In this document: piece by piece, positions 38,203-46,193 of the stretch
Layout: the number at the start of each line of letters is the position of its first letter
Position numbering within the stretch: the stretch's first letter is position 1
From: a virus
Taxonomy: Duplodnaviria; Caudoviricetes
Direction: 5' to 3' (one strand)
Length of the DNA stretch: 64,000 bases
Virus record (IMG/VR): IMGVR_UViG_3300025909_000005
Notes under the pieces: generated by a model
Seen by the model: only the letters and a program-made list of their open reading frames with translations
What the model was told of the DNA's origin: nothing
The model's database searches: none
Position numbers and translations under genes: made by a program

Positions 38203-39567
38203 ATGAGAATCGACCACCTGTACCGTCCGATCCTGCTCGAGTACAAGCGCGACATCACCGCAAAGAACTGGGGCGAGAAGCTCCTGAAGCGCTACAACGA
38301 AGACACGGGTCAAAAGCCTGAGATCAAGGTTGGTCGCAAGCCTGGTGACAACGAAGCCGCAATCAACACCCTCCTCGAGCACATCGAGGCGATGGACCCA
38401 ACCAAGAACAAGCAGTACACCGAGTGGCTCATTCGTCAGTACCTGAAGGGTCAGTTCCTGCTTGAAGACAGTGAGCGAGTCAAGGGAACCCTTGTCAACT
38501 TCGAGTCGCGCAAGCGCCGTATGGAGAACGCCGACATCGGCAAGTACACGTACCACTCGCTCGAGGACGCAGTCGACGCGCACGCCAAGAAGGAAGATGA
38601 CGAGATCGACCTTGACAAGGCTGACGCCACTGACGGTGATGACCCTGACGCCAAGATCAAGGACGTAAAGGTCCTGTACAAGGGACCGCTCGGCCTGCTC
38701 GCCATCCCTCTGACGAAGGAAGCTTCGTGTGAGATTGGTCGCGGCACCAAGTGGTGCACCGCAGCAACCGGTTCGGGCAACTACTTCCACCACTACTCCA
38801 AGCCAGACAAGCCGCTCATCGTCTGGAAGGACAAGAACGGTGAGAAGTACCAGTTCCACTTCGACACTGACCAGTACATGGACGCGCAGGACCGTGCAAT
38901 CCCTCAGTCGAAGCTTGAGGACATGCGCAAGAACAACCCAGTGCTCCGCAAGATGTTTGCGAAGTACGAGGGCGAATTCGGCACCGATCCTGCCAAGGCC
39001 ATCCGTTACGCCCGTCGTTTCGGCAAGCTTGGTCCAGATGTTGAGAAGGCCATCATCAAGTCTGGTCCAGAGAACGTTTACAACTACGCTGTTGCCATCA
39101 ACCGCCGCTTCCCCGAGGGCGAGGACACCCTCATGAAGGGACCGATCCGCAACACACTGGACTACGTTGGCAAGTTCCTGAAGGGTGAGGGTCTCTCAAA
39201 GGAGAACCTCAAGATCATCGCGTCGAGCCCAGTCTCTGCAGTCGGCTACGCCGTGCAGATGAAGAAGCCATTCCCTGAGGGTGAGGATGCCATTGCATCT
39301 GACCCAACAGCATCTGCTGAGTACGCAAAGTCGGTCATCAAGGGTCGTTGGCAACCAGGTGAGTCTGCGATCTCACGAGATGCAGAAGCCACGGTCTCTT
39401 ACGCAAAGGACGTTCTCAAGGGTCGCTTTGAGCGCGGTGAGGACAGCCTTGAAAACAACAAGACAGAGGCGTATCGCTACGTCCACTACCTCCGCAGCCT
39501 GATCCCTGGATCCCAGTACAAGGACATCGAAGAGCTGCCAGACATGGCACCAGGCTGGAAGAAATAA
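38203..39567 (+). CDS. late protein with GTKWCTA domain and C-terminal helical repeats
   Basis: TAAATA at 38165; SCEIGRGTKWCTA; repeats DP..A..YA..V.KGR...GE.AI. Confidence 0.75.
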   Translation: MRIDHLYRPILLEYKRDITAKNWGEKLLKRYNEDTGQKPEIKVGRKPGDNEAAINTLLEHIEAMDPTKNKQYTEWLIRQYLKGQFLLEDSERVKGTLVNFESRKRRMENADIGKYTYHSLEDAVDAHAKKEDDEIDLDKADATDGDDPDAKIKDVKVLYKGPLGLLAIPLTKEASCEIGRGTKWCTAATGSGNYFHHYSKPDKPLIVWKDKNGEKYQFHFDTDQYMDAQDRAIPQSKLEDMRKNNPVLRKMFAKYEGEFGTDPAKAIRYARRFGKLGPDVEKAIIKSGPENVYNYAVAINRRFPEGEDTLMKGPIRNTLDYVGKFLKGEGLSKENLKIIASSPVSAVGYAVQMKKPFPEGEDAIASDPTASAEYAKSVIKGRWQPGESAISRDAEATVSYAKDVLKGRFERGEDSLENNKTEAYRYVHYLRSLIPGSQYKDIEELPDMAPGWKK

Positions 39568-39576
39568 GGAACGAAC

Positions 39577-40221
39577 ATGCCAAACGCAGTTGTAAAGAGC
39601 TACGCCAAGAAGACTGGAAAGTCGCCTGAGCACATCGAAGGATGGTGGAAGGAGGCCGAGAAGGAAGCCAAGAAGAAGTTCCCAAAGAAGGGCCCTCACT
39701 ACTGGGCGTACGTGAACGGCATCGTGAAGCGCCGTGGTGGCATCAAGGAGGTCATCGGCTTCCGTGACTTCGTTGACCTGCTCTCAGAAGAGGATGGCGG
39801 TGAGAAGGAGTCAGCGCTCTCCAAGATGTCCAAGGAACACGGTCCTGTCCTGGACAGGATCGAGAAGATCAAGGACCTTGGGCGCACCTTCGACAAGGCT
39901 CTCAAGGCTGACGGAGATGAGAAGGCGAAGGGCAACTACGCGCACTGGCTGAAGACGACCGACAAGTACCGAGTCGCCTACTTCACCGACACCGATCTCG
40001 ACATTGAAACCGTCCTCGTCTTCCGCGGCCACAAGTGCTTCGGCCTGGCATCGAAGAACGACAGCGACGCAATCATCGACTTCAAGTTCGTGCCAATGGA
40101 ACGCAGCGACTGGCAGGCGATCGAGGACTTCAGCTTGGACAACCTTGACTCCTCGGCTACAATCACTGATGAGAACCTCGACCACTATGTTGAGATGATT
40201 CTCCAGGCCACTCATAAATAA
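39577..40221 (+). CDS. hypothetical protein
   Basis: SD AAGGA; basic N-terminal half. Confidence 0.7.
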   Translation: MPNAVVKSYAKKTGKSPEHIEGWWKEAEKEAKKKFPKKGPHYWAYVNGIVKRRGGIKEVIGFRDFVDLLSEEDGGEKESALSKMSKEHGPVLDRIEKIKDLGRTFDKALKADGDEKAKGNYAHWLKTTDKYRVAYFTDTDLDIETVLVFRGHKCFGLASKNDSDAIIDFKFVPMERSDWQAIEDFSLDNLDSSATITDENLDHYVEMILQATHK

Positions 40222-40260
40222 ACCAGAGCACAGGTTGAGGCCTGTGCTATAATAGAAACA

Positions 40261-40560
40261 TACTGCAGCAATGCAGTTGTATTGTCGTAATTCGGCATGA
40301 CTTGAAGGATTTGAGACGCGGGTTCGATTCCCGCCGGCTCCACCACAAATCATCTTAGCAAGAACCTTACGCCAACGTTGTGGCAAGGAAAGCAGCAAGG
40401 GTGATTTGTCATGGGGCCGACCAGGCTATCGATCAGGTTACGGAGATGATTGACGCGACACGTCGTAGTGACGTTAAAAACTCGTCTAGTAAACGCAAAC
40501 GACTCCAACTACGCGATCGCCGCTTAATAACCGGCCCGCGCGCGGCATAAGCCACCGTGT
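40261..40560 (+). ncRNA. ssrA: circularly permuted (two-piece) tmRNA: acceptor piece ending CCA at 40345, intervening segment, coding piece from G40413; tag ANDSNYAIAA at 40495-40524
   Basis: GACGCGGGTTCGATTCCCGCCGGCTCCACCA precedes GGGGCCGA; 7-bp acceptor stem with G3.U70; P2 pairing TCAGGTTA/TGACTTGA; TATAAT at 40248; outer ends approximate. Confidence 0.88.
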
Positions 40561-40574
40561 AAAAGAATGAGCTA

Positions 40575-40615
40575 GGACGGACCCGAGGAGCAATCTTTGG
40601 GTCCGTCTGCCTTTC
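40575..40615 (+). terminator. terminator-like hairpin after tmRNA
   Basis: GGACGGACCC...GGGTCCGTCT hairpin. Confidence 0.5.
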
Positions 40616-40676
40616 CAGGTCGATGGACCTGACTTTCGCTTCCATCGTAAATACGTTCAACTTCAAAGGAGTTGAG

Positions 40677-41111
40677 ATGATGACCCACCTTCTGGCCGCT
40701 GTAGTTGCAGTTGGCCTGGCCGCAGCAACACCCACACCTCGTCAACCCGTGTGGGATGACATAGCGAGTTCGAAGGTGTTCAAGATCAGTCTGGACCTAA
40801 AGTCGGTAGACGTCAAGGCAGACAACACGGTTCATTCTCAGCTGAAGGTCACGTACAACGTGCCCATCCCTGTGAAGGGAAAGAAGAAGACAGGGCACTA
40901 CTACATCGAGCAGGTAACTGCAGACTGCGGTGCCGACAAGCTCGTCGTGACTGGTGCCACACTGTTCTCAAAGGACGGTGAGCCTTTGGCGCAAGACGAC
41001 CACCTCAACATGGACCTGCCAAACAACCACATCGATGGCACGTTTGTCACGAGCTTCATGGACCTCATGTGTAACGGCGGCAAAAATACGATTCCTGCGA
41101 TCAACGTTTGA
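40677..41111 (+). CDS. secreted protein (adhesin-E-like beta protein)
   Basis: signal peptide, two Cys, TAAATA at 40648. Confidence 0.65.
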   Translation: MMTHLLAAVVAVGLAAATPTPRQPVWDDIASSKVFKISLDLKSVDVKADNTVHSQLKVTYNVPIPVKGKKKTGHYYIEQVTADCGADKLVVTGATLFSKDGEPLAQDDHLNMDLPNNHIDGTFVTSFMDLMCNGGKNTIPAINV

Positions 41112-41140
41112 GTTATAATGACTCATCGACGGTAAATACT

Positions 41141-41259
41141 GAAGGATGTTGTAGCTCACCGGGAGAGCGGCCCCGAGGACGGGGTGTCCAATCATGTTCA
41201 GTCGGGTTCGCCCGTCATGCGTGATAGCGTAGGTGGTTCGATTCCATCCACAACCTTCA
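41141..41259 (+). ncRNA. tRNA-like element with expanded central region; identity undetermined
   Basis: D-arm GCTC/GAGC and T-arm GGTGG-TTCGATT-CCATC present; no canonical anticodon arm. Confidence 0.4.
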
Positions 41260-41274
41260 GTGTTATTGTTCGAC

Positions 41275-41346
41275 GCCTCGGTAGCTCAGTGGTAGAGCGG
41301 ATGCCTCTAAAACGTCGGGTCGTGGGTTCGATTCCCACCCGGGGCA
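41275..41346 (+). tRNA. amber suppressor tRNA, anticodon CUA (copy 1; CCA not encoded)
   Basis: GCCTCGG/CCGGGGC acceptor; anticodon loop CT-CTA-AA; canonical D and T arms; C-A mismatch at 31:39. Confidence 0.85.
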
Positions 41347-41355
41347 CAGATAAGG

Positions 41356-41568
41356 ATGACCATGGGACGTAGACTTTCCCTGCATGAAATGAATGCCATC
41401 AGGCATGAGGACGATGTTCGCAACTCGCAGATCAAGCGAGGCGAATGGAAGCCGAAGACAAACAACAACTATCACTGCGTGTGTGGTTGTGGTGCGTTCG
41501 CATGCGTGTTCGTGAGCTCAATTCCGCAGACGGTCCTGCCCATGGACGAACGATCAAATGTCTCTTAG
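41356..41568 (+). CDS. small Cys-containing protein between the two suppressor tRNAs
   Basis: SD AAGGA; HCVCGCG; stop TAG lies inside the downstream tRNA. Confidence 0.55.
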   Translation: MTMGRRLSLHEMNAIRHEDDVRNSQIKRGEWKPKTNNNYHCVCGCGAFACVFVSSIPQTVLPMDERSNVS

Positions 41569-41634
41569 CTCAATGGGTAGAGCGACGGTCTCTAAAACCG
41601 TATGTTCCGGGTTCGAGCCCCGGAGGGACGGCCA
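41559..41634 (+). tRNA. amber suppressor tRNA, anticodon CUA (copy 2)
   Basis: perfect anticodon stem ACGGT/ACCGT, loop CT-CTA-AA; weak T1.G72, G73, CCA encoded. Confidence 0.9.
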
Positions 41635-41637
41635 AAC

Positions 41638-41883
41638 ATGTCTGCATTGAAGCGTATCGTTGCTGAGGCTGACGCCGACCCGAAAGGGTACGAGAAGGTG
41701 AATGACTTCTGGCAACAGTTCTTCGACTCGGTAAAGTTCGACAAGGTGAATGACACCGCCATGGTCGAATTTCGCGTCGAGCTGAACATGATCGACGAGG
41801 TGCGTGAGCTGCAGGAAGACCTGGAAAATTTCGAGCAGCTCGAGGCTCAGTTTCGACATCAAATCTCTGGAGACCAGAAGTGA
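41638..41883 (+). CDS. DADPxGY-family paralog 1
   Basis: MSALKRIVAEADADPKGY. Confidence 0.65.
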   Translation: MSALKRIVAEADADPKGYEKVNDFWQQFFDSVKFDKVNDTAMVEFRVELNMIDEVRELQEDLENFEQLEAQFRHQISGDQK

Positions 41884-42059
41884 AGCGCGTTACCATCACC
41901 GATGTCAAGCTACCTGACGCAGCGATCGAGGTGTACAAGATGTACGCCAAGCTGCTGAAGGACCAGGGGAAGTCTGTTCCCGAGCACGAAGAACTGCTGG
42001 AGTACGGCGAGTACTTCAACGTTCGTCTGAACGCAGACGGAACGTGGGAGCTGGTGTAA
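41880..42059 (+). CDS. hypothetical protein (59 aa)
   Basis: GTGA overlap. Confidence 0.55.
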   Translation: MKRVTITDVKLPDAAIEVYKMYAKLLKDQGKSVPEHEELLEYGEYFNVRLNADGTWELV

Positions 42060-42065
42060 TCTAGT

Positions 42066-42094
42066 GTGTACTTCCCGGGGACGGGTAGTATAAT
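42066..42094 (+). promoter_or_regulatory. promoter GTGTAC-N17-TATAAT
   Basis: direct sequence reading. Confidence 0.6.
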
Positions 42095-42100
42095 GGCTTC

Positions 42101-42358
42101 ATGAACAAACACATCCTCAAGCTGCTCGAAGAGATCAACAAGCGCAACACCACGCTGCGTGACATCTTCAAGATGAACGTCGAGGTCTACGACCTGACGA
42201 AGCCCCTGACGAACGAGGAGATCGACAAGCTCCTCGTCCACTGCGAGGTCGAGCTCTCTCCCGAGGTCCTCACCTGCGACGGCGAACGCCGTGTTCCGAA
42301 GGGTCGTGTCGCCATGCTGACGAAGGCGCAGGAAGCCCTGCGTGCCGCGAAGCAATGA
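42101..42358 (+). CDS. hypothetical protein
   Basis: 85 aa. Confidence 0.65.
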   Translation: MNKHILKLLEEINKRNTTLRDIFKMNVEVYDLTKPLTNEEIDKLLVHCEVELSPEVLTCDGERRVPKGRVAMLTKAQEALRAAKQ

Positions 42359-42678
42359 GCATCCTCGGCCGACTCGCTGCAGCCGCTGACGCGGACCCGG
42401 AAGGGTACAAGAGGGCGACGCAGCCGAAGTTCGACTTCTGGAAGGCGGGCCGCGGGAAGACGAGCATTCGACTGCTTGAGGAGCTTGCTGGCGACTTCAA
42501 CATTGACACGCACATGTTTCAATTGGAACGATCACGCGTGATCACTGAGACGGCCCGAGGTATTCAACAGGACATGCTCCGCTACCTTGAGAATGATCTT
42601 GCGATCACCAATGCTCTGATGCCGCGCCAGCGCGCGATCTTGAGCATTGACACCTCTGGTTCGATGGGGCAGCTGTGA
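42355..42678 (+). CDS. DADPxGY-family paralog 2
   Basis: MSILGRLAAAADADPEGY. Confidence 0.7.
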   Translation: MSILGRLAAAADADPEGYKRATQPKFDFWKAGRGKTSIRLLEELAGDFNIDTHMFQLERSRVITETARGIQQDMLRYLENDLAITNALMPRQRAILSIDTSGSMGQL

Positions 42679-42989
42679 GCACACTCTCAAGGATCATCGC
42701 AGCTGCTGATGCAGACCCTGAGGGGTACGAGTCCGCAACGACGCCGCTCTACAACCGGCTTCTTAAGGCGTTAGGCAAAGTGGAGATTCGTTCGATTTTA
42801 ACGCCTCAGCTTTCAGATCAGCACATCGGTCGTGGCTGGCGTCAACTGGCAGATGTACTGCTGATTGCGCCACCGCGAACAGGCAAGTCTGCGATCCGCA
42901 ACGAGCTGATCGTGCTGCGCAGCAAAGAGCGACCTGCGTCTCCGAATGTTCATTTCGACCCACAGTGGTACAATAAATACATCGACTAA
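42675..42989 (+). CDS. DADPxGY-family paralog 3
   Basis: MSTLSRIIAAADADPEGY. Confidence 0.7.
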   Translation: MSTLSRIIAAADADPEGYESATTPLYNRLLKALGKVEIRSILTPQLSDQHIGRGWRQLADVLLIAPPRTGKSAIRNELIVLRSKERPASPNVHFDPQWYNKYID

Positions 42990-43141
42990 CAAGTTGTAGT
43001 TCCGATCAACAACCGACGAGGCACCCGAAATGTAAGTCCGACCCTGAGTTTCATCACACAGGCTAACGATTTTGAGTTTCGAGTTTCATGGGAACCTTCT
43101 CCATGGTAAAAAGGTTCCCCAACTTCCCAAGGAAGACCATC

Positions 43142-43498
43142 ATGCAATCGTAGATCCGCGAAGACGCCAAGACCTATCTGTACACCATCTCTCGCCGCGA
43201 CATCCCTCTCGCGCAACAAGCTGTGCAAGCCGGCCACGCCGCCCTTGAACACGCTTACCTCTACGGCCGTCCGGCCGACCATCACCCCTCCTACATTCAC
43301 CTGACGATTCGAGACAAGGAACGGCTCGAGAAGCAACGGCGTGCGCTCCAAGAAGCTGGCATTCCGACGGCCGAGTTCCACGAACCGTACAAGGACTGGG
43401 GTCTCACCGCCATTTCCTGCCTCCTCACCGAGGAACAACGTCACCACCTGAAGGGGCTCCAGCTGTGGCGCCTCCCCACCCAAGGAGAAGAAGCATGA
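43142..43498 (+). CDS. Pth2-like peptidyl-tRNA hydrolase with in-frame TAG at codon 4 (43151-43153); needs amber readthrough
   Basis: SD AAGGA then ATG CAA TCG TAG ATC...; YTISRRDIPLAQQAVQAGHAA...F.EP...LTAI matches the Pth2 fold, with its first strand upstream of the ORF-track start at 43223. Confidence 0.75.
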
Positions 43499-43899
43499 AC
43501 TACACCATCATTGTCCATGAAGAAGCCCGCCATGGTTACGACCGCTGCGGCGACGGCTGGAACGAACCTGGCACCTTCGAGGTGTTCTGCACCTCTGATC
43601 AAACCGAGTTCGTGAAGAAGTGGGCTGAGTTCGACCTGAAGCAGCCATCCGGTTGCTGGGACGACTTCCAGATCCTGTACGATGGCGTGCCGACGGAATT
43701 CGATGACGCGCACTACGAGCTGGAGCGACTCAAGGACATCGAGTACGCCGCGCTGAAGAAGCAGGCCGAGGCAGACAAGCTGGAGGCGAAGCGTCGCGCC
43801 GAGGAAGAAGCCAGGGTGAAGGCGGCTCGTGCCGTCGAAGCTCAACGACAAGCAGACCTCGCGCAGCTCGAGGCCCTCAAAAAGAAGCTGGGAGTCTAA
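43495..43899 (+). CDS. hypothetical protein with coiled-coil C-terminus
   Basis: ATGA overlap, SD GGAG. Confidence 0.7.
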   Translation: MNYTIIVHEEARHGYDRCGDGWNEPGTFEVFCTSDQTEFVKKWAEFDLKQPSGCWDDFQILYDGVPTEFDDAHYELERLKDIEYAALKKQAEADKLEAKRRAEEEARVKAARAVEAQRQADLAQLEALKKKLGV

Positions 43900-43900
43900 C

Positions 43901-44425
43901 ATGAAGATTACGTACAAGGAAAATCCGCTGGCAACCGTCATCGAGCTCGATGACCATGAGAAGGAGGTCATGCGCCTGAAGCTCAAGCTGGAGATCTACG
44001 AGGACCGTGCCTTCGCCGCCCACTGGGCCCTCGCAAACATTGGCAACGAGCTGCGTGGTCAGATTCGAACGAAGGACATGGCCATCGAGCAGGCCATGAA
44101 GGAACTTGACCCTGACTACTTGCTTGCTGAGGATGGTGAGGGTATCGAGAAGCGGACTGACGATCTACTGACGTGGTACCTTCAGGAACTCCAGTCATGG
44201 CACGACGGTGACTGCACGGCCTTCCCCGCGTCTTGCTGCAAGTGCCATGCCGAGGACATGCTTGGTCTCAATACGATCAAGGGAATTGGCAAGCACCAAG
44301 GGTACGCACTGAGCCAGTACTTCGCCCGTGGTCGCACGCTCAATGAGCTCATCGAGGACGTGTCCCTGAAGCAGGAGCTTCGTGACTGGCTCAGTGAACA
44401 TCGCGAGCGGCTATCTAGCCACTAA
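43901..44425 (+). CDS. hypothetical protein
   Basis: SD GGAG; HDGDC..F..SCCKCH metal-binding-like motif. Confidence 0.7.
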   Translation: MKITYKENPLATVIELDDHEKEVMRLKLKLEIYEDRAFAAHWALANIGNELRGQIRTKDMAIEQAMKELDPDYLLAEDGEGIEKRTDDLLTWYLQELQSWHDGDCTAFPASCCKCHAEDMLGLNTIKGIGKHQGYALSQYFARGRTLNELIEDVSLKQELRDWLSEHRERLSSH

Positions 44426-44459
44426 TGCTATTACCCGCTCGCTCACTAAGGAAAGTAAC

Positions 44460-45029
44460 ATGACGTAGGTTTTCTCCCCCAAGCTGCAGGCTCTTCGTGA
44501 GAAGATGGCCGCCTGCAACCAGACCCAAGGCCAGACCATTCTCCAGCACGGCGAGTCCGTGGCCGAGTGGTACAAGGACCTGATTGGTGCACGCACACGT
44601 GAGTGGCGCCTGCCTGACTGGTTCGATCCCGCCCTCTTCGAGCTCTGCCCAGATGTGGGGACGATGGAGCGCTACCACATCTACCATGATTGTGGTAAGC
44701 CGTACTGCCGTACGGTTGACGAAGAAGGTCGTCAACACTTCCCTGACCATGCCCGTATCAGCGCCTCCATCTGGCGCGTGACCGGTGGCGACGCGGCTGT
44801 TGCTCGTCTCATCGAACACGACATGGACATGCACACCCTCAAGCCGGCAGATGCCGACACCTACCTGCACCTGGACATTGCTCCAGCTCTGCTTCTCACC
44901 GCCCTTGCTGAACTGCACTCCAACGCCGACATGTTCGGCGGGATCGAGAGCACGTCCTTCAAGATCAAGTTCAAGAACCTCAACAAGCTCGGCAACCGCC
45001 TCATCAACCGCATCAAGGAGATCGCATAA
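44460..45029 (+). CDS. HD-domain phosphohydrolase with in-frame TAG at codon 3 (44466-44468); needs amber readthrough
   Basis: SD AAGGA then ATG ACG TAG GTT TTC...in frame with ORF 44505; H...YHDCGKP...HFPDHA...IEHDM HD motifs. Confidence 0.72.
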
Positions 45030-45271
45030 TGGACCGCACTGAATACCTGGCTGAAGTCGCCACCTGGATCAACAACTACAACGAACTCTCGGAGAAGATC
45101 CGCAAGGCTCGTACTGCCTACAAGCAGGCCCAACGAGAAGGCGAGTCGGTCTACAAGACCCTCGGTGAGTACGAACGCCTGAAGCACGAAGCCACGGCTG
45201 AGCTCAGCAACCGAGAGGAGCTCAAGGAGGAGGCGCGCCTGGCCTGGGAAGCTCGACGCCAACCTGCATAA
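45029..45271 (+). CDS. hypothetical coiled-coil protein
   Basis: TAATG coupling. Confidence 0.7.
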   Translation: MDRTEYLAEVATWINNYNELSEKIRKARTAYKQAQREGESVYKTLGEYERLKHEATAELSNREELKEEARLAWEARRQPA

Positions 45272-45337
45272 GCCAGCCACACCAGGTCGATCTGGAGTTA
45301 CAATAGATATAAGAGCCCACACTCATAAAAGGCTCTC

Positions 45338-45646
45338 ATGAAGCGCGAAAAAGAAATCACAGATCGACTTTGGTACAAAGCACGTTTGACCCCCGTTGCA
45401 GCAGGCCTTTTCACCGAGGCCTTCTACCCGCCCGCAAAGCGGGGTAGCGGGGCACAGTACGTCTTCTTCACGCAAGTGGACACCACTCCTACCTCTCAGA
45501 AGGTGGTCGTGGCCTCGAAGATGTCTGAAGCTGGTCTGAGGATGATGACGCGAGACCTGGCCCAGATGTGCCTGATCCCTGGGGACAAGGCAACGAAGGC
45601 TGAAATGTCTCAGCTCAATGAGCTGAGCAAGAACCTCAAACTCTGA
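45338..45646 (+). CDS. hypothetical protein
   Basis: 102 aa. Confidence 0.65.
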   Translation: MKREKEITDRLWYKARLTPVAAGLFTEAFYPPAKRGSGAQYVFFTQVDTTPTSQKVVVASKMSEAGLRMMTRDLAQMCLIPGDKATKAEMSQLNELSKNLKL

Positions 45647-45648
45647 CA

Positions 45649-45876
45649 ATGAAGATCATCACTCGTTCGAAATCGGCTGGACTCGTTTCATTCAGCACTA
45701 ACAGGGTTCACGCCCTCGGTACTGATTGGGCAACGGGTGATCCAATCCTTCCGGTCACCGTCGACATCCGCATTCCCGCTGACAACATCGACAGGCTTAT
45801 CGACGATGCGCGGGCCAACGACCTGGACGTGATCGACTACATCGCCAGCCTGCTGCAGAAGAAGATCGAGACATGA
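45649..45876 (+). CDS. hypothetical protein
   Basis: 75 aa. Confidence 0.6.
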   Translation: MKIITRSKSAGLVSFSTNRVHALGTDWATGDPILPVTVDIRIPADNIDRLIDDARANDLDVIDYIASLLQKKIET

Positions 45877-46193
45877 GACCAAATCAGAAGCGTTACCTTG
45901 GCCACGTGAACCCAGCTCGCGAGCTGATCCGTCAGCTTGCCGACGAGGCACTGAACTTCCGCATGTGTATGAGCGTTCGGTTCCCAAGCAAGCCAGGTGA
46001 CGTTATTCTGAACCTCCCGCCTGAACAGAGGGCAGCTCTCGCCAACCTAAAGCCCGAGGACCTCATGAACGACCGCTGGCCAAACGGCGTGTGGTCTGGC
46101 ATGAACCTTGAAAAGCTGCCAACATGTGGCAGCAGATCACTGTACGACCTCGACTATGACAGAACGTCGCCGCCACTTGCACCTAGACCTTGA
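45873..46193 (+). CDS. hypothetical protein
   Basis: ATGA overlap. Confidence 0.6.
   Translation: MRPNQKRYLGHVNPARELIRQLADEALNFRMCMSVRFPSKPGDVILNLPPEQRAALANLKPEDLMNDRWPNGVWSGMNLEKLPTCGSRSLYDLDYDRTSPPLAPRP

Noticed and set aside
41275-41634. Pyrrolysine tRNA
   Set aside because: Both CUA tRNAs have canonical D-loops, TTCGA T-loops and 5-bp anticodon stems, unlike tRNA-Pyl; no pylS/BCD genes seen.
41566-41883. Amber readthrough fusing ORF 41356 to ORF 41638 across suppressor tRNA 2
   Set aside because: Same frame, but a TAA at 41593-41595 blocks fusion even if both TAGs are suppressed.
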